NCBI GenBank assembly: GCA_001643675.2
Contig: LSRY02000051.1
Location: 372,001-436,000 of the forward strand
Reading direction: 5' to 3'
DNA length: 64,000 nucleotides
Source of the DNA: Monocercomonoides exilis PA203
Taxonomy: Eukaryota; Protista; Preaxostyla
In this document: positions 36,076-47,116 of the stretch, in pieces
Layout of the letters: every line of letters begins with the position of its first letter
Position numbering within the stretch: position 1 is the stretch's first letter
Program-made: the position numbers and the translations under genes
The notes under the pieces: model-generated
Told to the model about the DNA's origin: nothing
The model's database searches: none
What the model saw: the letters and a program-made list of their open reading frames with translations, nothing else

Positions 36076-38804
36076 ATGGCAGACAGATCTCGAAAGCCAT
36101 CGCAAGCCCCACCAATTGCGCGTGTGCCGCAAGTTGTTGGGGGACGGTACAAGCTGGAAAAGAAAATCGGGTGCGGGTCGTTCGGTGTGGAGAACAGGTG
36201 TTAGATTTTGGCGAATTTTAACTGTTTTTGTGGTGCAGGGGACATCTACAAGGGAGTCGTTCCGGGGACGGACGAGGAATATGCAGTGAAGCTGGAGGCG
36301 TGTCTTTTCTGGGATTCACTTTTTTTCGCTTTGAACCAGGGACTTTTTTTCATTTGATTTTTGTTGGATGGATTTGTGGTGTGGTGACGATGGTGGGGCT
36401 TGTGTGTATGCGTGCTATTGCTGTTGGTGGGTGGTGGTGCGGAGCAGCCGGCGAACGCGAAGATGCCGCAGCTGATGTATGAGTGCAAGCTTTACAAGCA
36501 CCTGAACGGAGGGCCAGGGATTCCGAATGTGTGGGGAAAGCACTTTTTTCTTTTCCTTTTTCTATTTTTAATTTGCTGTCCATTCTATTTTTTTTTCACT
36601 TTGGAATTGTTTATTGTTTTTTCATTCTCTTTCTCTCTTTTGGCGGTGCAGATCAAGTGGTTTGGGGCAGAAGGGAACTACAACGTGATGGTGATGGACC
36701 TGCTGGGGAAGTCGCTGGAGGACCTGGTGGCAGCGCAGCCGCACCAGCGGTTCAGCCTGAAGACGACGATCATGCTGGCAGACCAGATGATCTGCCGGCT
36801 GGAGTTTCTGCATTCGCGAGACTATGTTTGTGAGTTTATTTATTTATTTATCTTTTTTTTTATTTGTTTGACTGATTGACTGGTGGTGCAGATCCATCGG
36901 GACATCAAGCCAGACAACTTCCTGATGGGGCGGGGGAAGAAGAAGAACATTGTGTACATCATCGATCTTGGGCTTGCGAAGCGGTATCGCGACTCGTCGA
37001 CGCACCAGCACATTCCGTACAGGGAGGACAAAGGGCTGACCGGGACTGTGCGATATGCATCGATTGTGTGCTTTATTATTGTTATTGTTATTGTTATAAT
37101 TATTTTGTATTTTCTTTTTCTTTTCTCTTTTCTTTTTGTGATTTGGGGACTGGGTGGGCAGAACTCGCACCACGGGATAGAGCAGTCGCGGCGGGACGAT
37201 CTGGAGTCGATAGGGTACATCCTGATCTACTTCCTGAACGGGTCGCTGCCGTGGCAGGGGCTGAAGATCGAGAACCGGAACAACAAGTTCCGGGCGATCT
37301 GCGACATGAAGATGAGCATCCCGGTGGAGACGCTGTGCAAAGACTGCCCGAAGGAGTTTGAGCTGTACATGCGGTATGTGAAGGACCTGCACTTTGATGC
37401 GAAGCCGGACTACTTCTATCTGCGGCGGCTGTTCCGGTCGCTGTTTCTGAAGAGCGGGTACACGCTGGACTTCCAATACGACTGGAGTGTGGAGGAGCCG
37501 GTGGGATCATCATCCTCATCCTCCTCCTCATCCTCCTCTTCTGGCGGAGGAGGAGCAGCAGGAGGAGCAGGGGGAGCAAGGGGAGGGGAGAGGCGGAAGG
37601 AGGAGGAGCGGGAGGCGAACGAGAGGCACGGGGTGGTTCTGTCGACAGATCGGATGGATCGGAGTGGAGGGATTGGAGGGCCAGTGACAGGAGGAGCAGT
37701 GGGAGGAGGAGGAGCGCCTGTGGGGTCAGTGCCATCAGGGGGGATGGGGATGGGGATGGGTGTGTCGTCGACGATGGCGACAGCAGGGACAGCAACGCCT
37801 CCGTCGACGTCGACGCCAGCAACAGCACACCCGTCGACAGCATCGCCTGGGCCATCGCCTTTGGGGTCAGGGCGAGAGAGCGGGGGAGGAGCAGGAGCAG
37901 GAGTCACAGGAGGAGGAGGAGAGACAGGAGCGCCATCGCCATCAGAGGGAGCACCAGCGACGATGCGGAGCACGAGCCAGCAGCAGACGCCGCAGTTCCA
38001 GGCGCAGATGCAGGCGCAGATAAAGGCGCAGCAGCAGGCAGCAGCAGCAGCAGCACAGGCTCAGGCGCAGGCACAGGCGCAGGCAGCAGCTGCACAGTCG
38101 ATGGGCGGGCGGAGCAGCCGGGGCGGTTATGGGCCGCAGATGGCACCGGGGATTGTGATGGGGCCGAGCGGGCAGCCGATGATGGTGGCGCCGGGGACAG
38201 CCGGGGCGACGCCGATGACGCAGGCGCAGTATCTGCAGTACCAGCAGTACCAGCAGCAGCTGGCAGCGATGGGGGGCATGCGAGGAGCGCCATCTGGGTC
38301 AGGTGCAGGTGCAGGAGCAGGAGCAGGAGCAGGAGGCGGGGCAGGAGCAGGGGGTGTGGGAGGGAGTGCACACCGGAGCGGAGGAGAAGGAGGGTATGCA
38401 GGGTATGGGAGTGGGCCGCACTCTGTGTCGCAGTCTGCAGGGATTGGGGCAGGGGCAGGGGGTGGGGGAGGAGGAGGAGGCGGCGGGTATTATGGAACAT
38501 CGAGTGGGAGTGGGCTGCCGCGGTCGAGCACAAGCACAGGAGGGGTGGGGATGGGGCGGTCAGGTGTGAGTGTGAGCCGGATGGGAGGGGGATGAGTTCA
38601 GGCACGGGGAGTGGGCGGATGGGCGGAGGGAGTGGAGGAGGAGGAGGAGGGATGGGAGGAGGAGGAGGAGGAGGAGGAGGAGGGATGTCATCGAGCGGGT
38701 ATCGGAGCAGCAGTGGGATGCCATCGTCGATGAGCGGGAGCAGGGGGGGATATGTTTCGAGCTCGCAGCGTCTGGGGCCATCTCCTTCATCGGGAAGGAG
38801 ATAA
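36076..38804 (+). CDS. CK1: Casein kinase 1 with long Gly/Ser/Gln-rich tail; introns 36185-36238, 36298-36447 (GC-AG), 36529-36651, 36826-36891, 37066-37161; probable 1-nt indel near 38590
   Basis: [78 protein letters not shown]. The ORF stops at 38595 but the same-style Gly-rich coding continues in another frame to TAA at 38804. Confidence 0.93.
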
Positions 38805-39280
38805 AAGGCTGATGAAAATGGAGGGATGAGGGGAGGAAAGGAGGAGAAGAGGGAGAAGAGTGAGGAAAGGAGAAAGAGGAGGGAAAGGGAAGGAGAAAGA
38901 AATGAAGAGAAATGGATTGAAAAGGAGAAGAGTTGATGAATAAAGGAGAGAAAATGAAAGAGAAATGGAGAAAGAAGAAGAAGAGGAAATGGTTGAAGGA
39001 GGAGGGGAAGAAGAGAAGAAGAGAAGAAGAGAAGAGAATGAAAGAAGATGAGGAATAAAAAAAGAAGAGAGGAGGAAAAGAAGGAAAAGAGGGAAAAAGA
39101 GAAGAGGAAAGGATTTGATGAAACACTTCACAAAGATGAAAATAGAGAAGAGAAGAAGAAGAAATTTGGAGAAGGAGAAGGAGGAGAGGAGGAGAGAAAA
39201 AAGAAGGAAAAAAGAAGGAGAAGAGAAGGAGAAGAGAAGGAGAAGAGAAGGAGAAGAGAAGGAGAAGAGAAAAAAGAAAT
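38805..39280 (+). repeat. Purine-rich (GA) low-complexity tract downstream of CK1
   Basis: ~470 bp almost entirely G/A, including tandem GAAGGAGAAGA units. Confidence 0.7.
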
Positions 39281-40699
39281 GGATTTGAATGGAGCAGAGT
39301 GTATATATATAAATGTGTGTGGGAGCATTTTTGCGAAGCTGTGCGATCAAGTGGCCGATGATAAATACGAATGGCCAGCCTTCAAAGGACAGGGTCTGCT
39401 GAGCTGGATCGACCGCCGAATGCGCATGGATCGAAGGGAGTCCAAGAAATGCTTTGTTCGAGTTCTTTTGTGAAGAGACGCAGGAAAAGGGAGGAAAGGA
39501 GGAAAAGGGGAGAGAATGAGAGAGTGGGAGTGAAGAGGATGAAGAAGGAAAAGGGCAGAACAAAGATTGTCTGGATGGCTTTGGTGCATGTGGATTGGGA
39601 GGAGTGTCGATGAAATGGACGGGTGGAGCCTGTTGCTGGAGGCAGGATTGCGTATGGATTTGGAGCACTTTGGGAGCCAGGACAGCTTTGCTGATGAGGC
39701 GCTTGTGATTTGAAGGCAGAAAGACAGCACACATTTATTTGAATGGTTTTCTGTTGTTTTTATTTTTTGATTTTGTTTGATTTTGATTTGACTTGAACCC
39801 CCTTTGTCAGTTTTTGTCAGTTTTTGTCAGTTTTTGTTTGTTTTTGTTTTGAATGTTGAACCATTTCATTGCACCAACAAAGCGAAGCGAATGAGTTTTG
39901 GGGGGTTGTGTGTGGGTGGAGGGAGCATGGAGGAAGGAAAGTGGATTGTGAAAGGGAAGGGTTAAAAAGTGGCACCATCTGGCATCTCCAAAAGAATAGA
40001 AAGAGAAAAAAAAATCAAAATGGAAATTGAACATGAATGGCTGAATGATTGCCCAACAGTCGGATTGGAGAGGAACAGCCACCAGTCTCCGCACAGAATG
40101 TGGCTGAGTGTTCATCGCTCTCGTTGCCTGCCAGAACATGCTCATTCGCACACATCCCATTCACTGCTTCACCTTTCTTTCTCTCCTCATCAAGCGGGCA
40201 TTGCTCCAGTTCTCGAAACATTTTTTGCCTTCAGGAAAAAAAAAATACAATAATCTATTGGAAAAAGAAAATGTTTAATGAGAAAAACTCTGAATAAATA
40301 GAATGTGTGCAAACAAACATTTCTTGCTATTTTTTGTTGGCTACAAGTTTGTATTAAGCCATAACCAGCTTCATAAAAAAAAAAGTGTCAGAGTTATTAA
40401 ACAGGCCTGAGAAAAAGAACTTCACAATGGAGATATCTTTTTCGTCAGTTTTTATTTTTCTTTCTTTCATTGTTTTGACAGGAAAAATAACCAAGACAGT
40501 CAAAAACATTCTCGAGTGGAAAATTGTTTGTTTTTTGATTTTTATTTTTAATTTTTTAATTTTTTTATTTAGATTAACGAGGATGAATATGAATGAAGAA
40601 TTAAATAATTATGGGCATATTTGTGTTTTGGCAATTGTTTGTTTTTTGACTTATATTTTGCAATTCTTTGCAAAAGACTCGAAGAGCTGAATACACATT

Positions 40700-43165
40700 A
40701 TGAATTTACTTGCATTTTTCTTGCTTTGGAAATTATGTTCAGCTTTTAATCCATCCACTAACATTATTGAAAATCTGCAACCAGGGCTTTACAAGCTTGA
40801 TATTACAAAAGAACGCACACTTAAAGTTGAAACAATGGAATTGAACATCACCACTGATAGGCATTATTGCGAATTTTCGGACGAAACAATGGATGTTGAA
40901 ATTGATAATGACGAAATGTTTTCCAAAGCTGACTACCCTTGTACCGAAGATAAAATTTCTGCAACTATTACAGCTTTATATTTATTACAGTATAACATGG
41001 GTTCAGATTTTAAAGGCACACGCTTTAGAAAATTATCATATTTTCATCTTATGGCGTGCGGAAAAGTTATGATCACAGATTTTGATAACAAAACTGTTCT
41101 AGAACATCATAAATGCGAAGATGAAACGACTAATCATATTCTTCCTGCGTTATTTGATCCATCTTTCTTGGATGTCACAACCGATTCTTGTATTCCTTTT
41201 GATTTAACTGTTCCGAAGGAATGTCCCAGAAATTGCACTGCAGAAGGGCAAAGCTGGAACATCCAACAATCATTTAAAACGCGTACCTATTCTGTTGGAT
41301 TCGGAAGTCAGATTACAATCGGGCAATTAAAAAGACTCATTTGCAGAATTGGGCCAGTTGCAGTTAAGATAAATGTTGGAACAAATATTCCTCTTGCAGA
41401 AGAATCATCATTTGAGAAAGCTATTTATAACGGAAGAAAAACTCCCTACGAGAAGAGTGTAGATATCTGGATAGCAATTTATGGTTCAAAGAAAATTGCA
41501 AATGAGTTAACAGGAGAAGAAGAAGAATATTTAATTGCAAAAAATATACACGGAGATGATCTGCCTGATTCAGACCCAGACAATGAAAATGAGCAATCAT
41601 ATTTTTTTATTTCTGTTGCGGATGATCAAGTTTGGGGTAGGAGAAAATCAGAAGAATTACGTAACATTAACAAAGGAAGCAACAGCCAAGGTGATCCTGA
41701 TTATCGATTTGATGTGTATTTTATGTATTTGCCTTCTATTTGGGATGATGAGATAAGAGGAATATATCAGCAGGAGATTGATGAAGAAGGATATGTACAT
41801 TACACTTCACTCACACAAGAAGAAATGGACAAGAATTTTTTCCCTCTGAAAATTTCAAACAAAGCGTATGCAAAGGAATCGTCAACTCATAGTTCTCTTA
41901 CATCTTCATTCTCTTCTCCTTCTTCTATTGATTCTGCTTTTGAATCCACAACTTCATTAAACAGATTGCATCAACGCAACATCTTTTCTTCTCGGCCAAA
42001 GCCTCTTCTTTGGAATCGTCAAGGAGCTTCTGCATTTCCAGTGAACTATTCTGTGATATCAGAATATGAGCTCTTCTTCCACCCACATTTCCGTCTGTTC
42101 ACAACACTTGATTCTTCCTGCGACAAAGTGTCCACGTCCCAATTGAGATCAGCTGCCGATGCGATATCCTTCTCACTCTTTGCGCATTTCAGAGCCAACC
42201 AATCAATTTCTCTTCATTATTCTCTTTCTTGTCTGCCAGAGTTGTTCAACAAAAGAGGAGAAAGCAGAGAGCCCTCCTCGTCGTGCAAGGGCATTGGGCT
42301 CACAGCTCTTTCGTCTGTAGTGAAGCACGGCTTTGTTGGGATTGATTGCCTCGATAGCTCTCTTCGAATTGTCGAGAAATGCCCAATTCGCTGCACATCA
42401 GACACAGCCGCCAGAATAAGCAATTTAGGAACACATGATAAGAATTCGTGTTTGAGCGAAAAAGATGCATCGAATAACTCAGGCATCTGCTCAAGCATAT
42501 CAGATGCTTTTGAGGCAAATGCCGTTAACAGCTCTTTGGTTGTGCAAAATGGAGATCAATTGGCATTTGTGAAAGTGGTGGATGTATCTGCAGAGGAGCT
42601 GAAGGGATATATTATGAAACATGGACCATGCGTTATCACATTCACCGTTGAACAAAACGAAATCGACTCTTTTGTCGCAGGATGGAATGACGAAATGTCT
42701 GTTCTCGGAGAGAATGATAAAACAGCAGAAAATGCAAATGCATTCACTCCAAACTCAAAGGACGCAAACGAAAAGATCACCCGCTCTGTCACTGTGCTTG
42801 GATGGGGCGTATCGCCTCCGAATTCAAAGCACTCAAGTGAAATTGAGTATTGGCTTGTTAAAGATCAAGATAAGCTGAAGCATTCTTCTGATAGCGCAGT
42901 CGATTATTACGCAGATTCCAGCACTGCAAATATTTCTGAACATTTTGAAGCAACTTCAAACTCTGTTCCTCGTGCAATCAGAGACACATATCGCGTTGCA
43001 ATTTCGTCCAAACTTTCAACGAAAGATCACTTGACTGCTCTTTTCTTCCCTGCAACTGTTGAGACTCGTGGAGACGTTGGAGGATCATTTCACGTGAATA
43101 TTCCATATAAGATCAGCATCGTTTTAGGTTTAATTCTTTTGCTGTTTTCTTCTTCGCTTCTTTAG
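40700..43165 (+). CDS. Secreted/membrane-anchored protein with two degenerate papain-family (cathepsin B-like) domains, probably catalytically inactive
   Basis: N-terminal signal peptide and C-terminal hydrophobic tail. Domain 1: LSYFHLMAC, CIPF..CPRNC, LKRLICRIGPV, IAIYG, EYLIAKN. Domain 2: FPVNYS, ISLHYSLSC, SCKG, CPIRC, IMKHGPC, SVTVLGWG, EYWLVKD. No CGSCWAF or catalytic His. Confidence 0.75.
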   Translation: MNLLAFFLLWKLCSAFNPSTNIIENLQPGLYKLDITKERTLKVETMELNITTDRHYCEFSDETMDVEIDNDEMFSKADYPCTEDKISATITALYLLQYNMGSDFKGTRFRKLSYFHLMACGKVMITDFDNKTVLEHHKCEDETTNHILPALFDPSFLDVTTDSCIPFDLTVPKECPRNCTAEGQSWNIQQSFKTRTYSVGFGSQITIGQLKRLICRIGPVAVKINVGTNIPLAEESSFEKAIYNGRKTPYEKSVDIWIAIYGSKKIANELTGEEEEYLIAKNIHGDDLPDSDPDNENEQSYFFISVADDQVWGRRKSEELRNINKGSNSQGDPDYRFDVYFMYLPSIWDDEIRGIYQQEIDEEGYVHYTSLTQEEMDKNFFPLKISNKAYAKESSTHSSLTSSFSSPSSIDSAFESTTSLNRLHQRNIFSSRPKPLLWNRQGASAFPVNYSVISEYELFFHPHFRLFTTLDSSCDKVSTSQLRSAADAISFSLFAHFRANQSISLHYSLSCLPELFNKRGESREPSSSCKGIGLTALSSVVKHGFVGIDCLDSSLRIVEKCPIRCTSDTAARISNLGTHDKNSCLSEKDASNNSGICSSISDAFEANAVNSSLVVQNGDQLAFVKVVDVSAEELKGYIMKHGPCVITFTVEQNEIDSFVAGWNDEMSVLGENDKTAENANAFTPNSKDANEKITRSVTVLGWGVSPPNSKHSSEIEYWLVKDQDKLKHSSDSAVDYYADSSTANISEHFEATSNSVPRAIRDTYRVAISSKLSTKDHLTALFFPATVETRGDVGGSFHVNIPYKISIVLGLILLLFSSSLL

Positions 43166-44244
43166 AAAAGATTTTCATTATTTATCTCAAACTGTTTATG
43201 GTTAAGCTTCTCCAATTTCTTGAATTGGTATTAATATAAAGTTCATTATATTTCTTCTTTGAATAGTTGAAATTAAATGGCGCATTTAAATGAGCTGGAT
43301 AAGATTGACGTTTTGTAATGAACATTTTAGTGCGTTGAATAGAATTGTTTTCTTTGCTTTTTTCAATTTCAAGATTATTTTTTGATTTTTTAGATATATT
43401 ATAAGCATAGAGTTTTTTATCTGAAAAAGATAAATTGGATTTCTTCTTGTGAAATAATTTTGACTTTTGCATTTGTTTGTGAGCTTGAAGCAATAAAAGA
43501 AAAAGTCACAGATTAACTTATTTATTGTGCTGAAACTCTTTGCTCTTTTGATTGAATATTTTTTCCAGAAATTCTTGTATTTGTCTCAATGCAGAAAAGC
43601 CGAAGTGAAAAACAATAAAGTTTTATTGGATTATAAAAGATAAATGCTTCTATTTTAAAAATAACTTTCAAATGAATAACTGTTTGCAAAGAAAAAATTA
43701 AACGACGTTATTGTTTGTTTTTTATTTTTTTGGTTTTAAAACTTTTCACTTTTCTTTCTCAATTACCGATATTCTTAATTATTGGAATTCGTTATTTGTC
43801 TGCATCGTCTTTCTTTTCAGAAACAAAAAAAATTGACATTTTATTCGGATATGCTCGCTTTGCAAAAAATATGAGATATTCGCACATATGCTTTTGAATC
43901 TCTTTTTTTCAATATTTCTGAATATATTTTTAAATCTCGGTAAATCTTGGAAAAAATAAGGCAAAAGAAAAAACTTAAAAATTAAAAAATTTAAAATAAA
44001 ATAAATATAAATATAAATATATAAAAATAAAAGAACATAACTTTTGAGTTACAAAATGAAATAAACTCATGTTCTCAAACATTTACATTTTCATAATTCA
44101 AATTACAGATAATCCATAAAAAATTATTTGACTAATAAAATAAAATATCCCCTAAAATTTGTTGAACAGCATTACAAAAAAGAAAAAAGTCGGAAAGAAA
44201 AAAGAAATATTTCTAAGTTTTGAAATATTGCACATCTCATTTCT

Positions 44245-45686
44245 TCAAACAATCACGAAACAATCAGTCAATTCAAATGAAAAGTCAGTAGAAAAATATG
44301 CTCTTTCTAAAATAGAAATTGTTTTATAAAAGCTTGTGATTAAATCCTCAAATCCATTTTCTTCCATTTTTTCATAAAGCACCATGTTTATTTCCTTTCT
44401 TTTCGCTTCATTGTCTTCAAAATCAAAATTATTTTTCAATCTTTTTCGAATTGTCGAAAGCAATTCAAAGTAATTGCGTTTCATAATGTCTACCAAAGTT
44501 GACCGCTGAAGTTCATCTGAAATTAGATTTGCAACTCCTGCCTTTAATAATGCATCAGCTCCAACAGCTCCACGCTCCGCAGATTTCTGAAGTATCGAAA
44601 GACAAGATTCAGTTATTACTCTTTCATATTCTCTAGATGCTCTGCATAACTCAATAATGCAACGATCCAACCCAACATTCTTCATCTCCAGAAATTTGTA
44701 TAAAAGAAAGCAAGACTCCAATGTTCGGAGCCATCTCTTCAAAGTGAACACTTCTTTCTTTTCTTTTTCGCCTTTCTTCTTTTCTTCTCTCTTCCAATCA
44801 ATAAGAATTCTCAGTTCCTCCAACTCTCTTGTAACCTCTTCCACAAAATGAAGATCATCCTCAACAACTTTTTTCAAACATTGATTGAAGGATAATTGGT
44901 TTGTCAAAAACTCCCAAACAGACTGATACGCGAGCCGTGTGAGATTGTGATGTTCCTGATGATATTTGATGATTTCTGTTACATCACTGAGATACAGTTC
45001 TCTTTCCATGACCTATGCAAAAAATAAGCAAATAAAATTACAATAAGAAAGGTTAAATTATTCAATAAATGGAAAAACAAATAAATCATACATAATATGG
45101 CACTGCATTGCTCAATGCCAGCAACGCTATTTCCACTTCCTTCTGAGCCTTCTCGCTTTCCTCTTTCTTCAACGCAACTTTCAAAAGACAAGGCACACAC
45201 GCTTTGAGCATTTTATTTGAAGTTGAATTAAATAATAATAGGTTGCATTCGCAAAGATCTATCAGAAGCTTCATGTTTTTCCTTTCTTTCTTCTTCTCTT
45301 CTTCAGCAATCATATTTTCAAATTTGCATTTCAGCAATGCACAACAAAAATTATTTATTCGGATATTTTTCTCAAATAAGCAACATCCAAGATTCTTCAA
45401 CAACAAAATCGAATTTTCAAAAGATAATTTCTTTTTGAAGATCATGCAGTGTATTTTACTGAAAAATTCTTTTTCAACAATAAATTCAAGCATTTCTTTA
45501 TTCATATCTTCGATCATTTCAACCATTTCTTCAATTTTCTGCTTCTGTTCATCTTCATCACAATCTTCCAGCTCAGAAAATAATTCTTCAAAAAAAAAAA
45601 AGAAAGAAAGAAATCCAATCAAAAAGAATTCAAATCAACAATGAATGCACACTGTTGAATCTTTCAGTGACGCTTATTGCCTGCAT
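44245..45686 (-). CDS. Lineage-expanded helical hypothetical protein; exons 45686-45653, 45585-45092, 45012-44245
   Basis: Spliced frame MQAISVTERFNKLFSELEDCDEDEQKQKIEEM...LLIDLCEC...VPCLLKVALKKEES...YHQEHHNLTRLAYQSVWEFL...KMEENGFED. GT-AG introns. Paralogous pseudogene at 23.3-24.2 kb. Confidence 0.8.
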
Positions 45687-46407
45687 TTTTATAAGAATAT
45701 TTTGTCAAAAAACAAAAAATAACATTCACATTGAAGTTGAATATGTTTGGATAGAAGGCATAGATGAAAAATAAAAAACTCATAAAGATCATAGAAAAAT
45801 ATGCATTCAAACCGTTCCATCAAGCGTTGACATTTTCTACTTGTAATTTAAAAGAAAAAGAATGCTTTATCTTTTCTGTTTGTTGTTATGGTTGCAATGA
45901 TCGTTTAATTTCTTTAAACTGGAATATTCATGCACTGATTGAAAGTTCAATGAGTGAACATCACCTGTAGAACTATAAATTTTATTTCCTGTTTTGAAAG
46001 TTCACAATGGTGGAGATGCAATATTTTTGGAATTCTATCTTTTGAATTATTGAGATCCGTTGTCCAAGGGGAATGCAACAATTTCATCAATAACACAAAA
46101 ATATGTAATGAATGTAATTTATATTGTTCTATTGATTGTGAAGATGTTTCCATCTGTATCCTTTCCAAAGTTCAGGAATATGAGTTGTTGTTGAAATGGC
46201 CAATCTCCGCTTTGTGGAGCATAAAGATGTGAATGGAGCTGATTGTTTTATTGCAATTAGGAAATAAAGGAAGTTACGGAAGATATATGATTTTTATTTG
46301 GAGAAAGAAATGAAAACAAATTCAACTGATGTTTTGTTGAATGAAGATAACCAGAAGGAATTCTGTGAAGGACAAAATCTGCACAAAATTATATAGAATT
46401 TTGGAGC

Positions 46408-47041
46408 ATGAGGCAAAGGAGAAGCTTTTTTGGCAAGGAAAGTGGCTGGCAATATCGAGGGAAAGATATTTCTTGCGAACAAAAACTTAGAAAACAATGC
46501 AAAGCAATGAGAGTGGAGATCAGGGACATCAATGGGAGTGAAACAGCTGTTGTTGCCGTTGGAAAGATGCATGTGTGTTTTGTGAAATATGCGCTGAGAA
46601 ACAAGACTTTCCAAAAATTCGTACTAAAAGGAAAAAGAATAATTTGTGGCAAAAGCATCAGTCTCGGCCTATGTTCTTGCAAGAATGGCAAGATAAGTGA
46701 AGTATCCTGCAGCTATTTCCCTTCTATAACCTTCACTGAGCTGCTCCAAGAGCGAGCCAAAAGCTTGGCGTTTCGTTTCCATGGGCAGTATTCAGCAATT
46801 TGAGTTGGGAATTATCTTCTGCCCGTCTCCATCAACGGTATTTCGACTTCTGCTGGCAAAGTTCTGTATGTTTTGAGGCTCTGTTCGGCTGCTAATATAG
46901 GGTTGGGCTGTTTTGCTACAGTTGTTGCGGGAGATGGCAACAATGCGACTTTGTTTTATCTGCTAACAACTGCAACAGGTGGATCAGCCTTTATCTTCAT
47001 CTTCATCGACTTCCTCTTCTTCCTCTTCTTTCTTATCATCC

Positions 47042-47116
<75 letters not shown>

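Noticed and set aside
38560-40297. Several 100-300-aa ORFs downstream of CK1
   Set aside because: They arise from a purine-rich low-complexity tract lacking stops. No domain motifs; likely UTR or intergenic.
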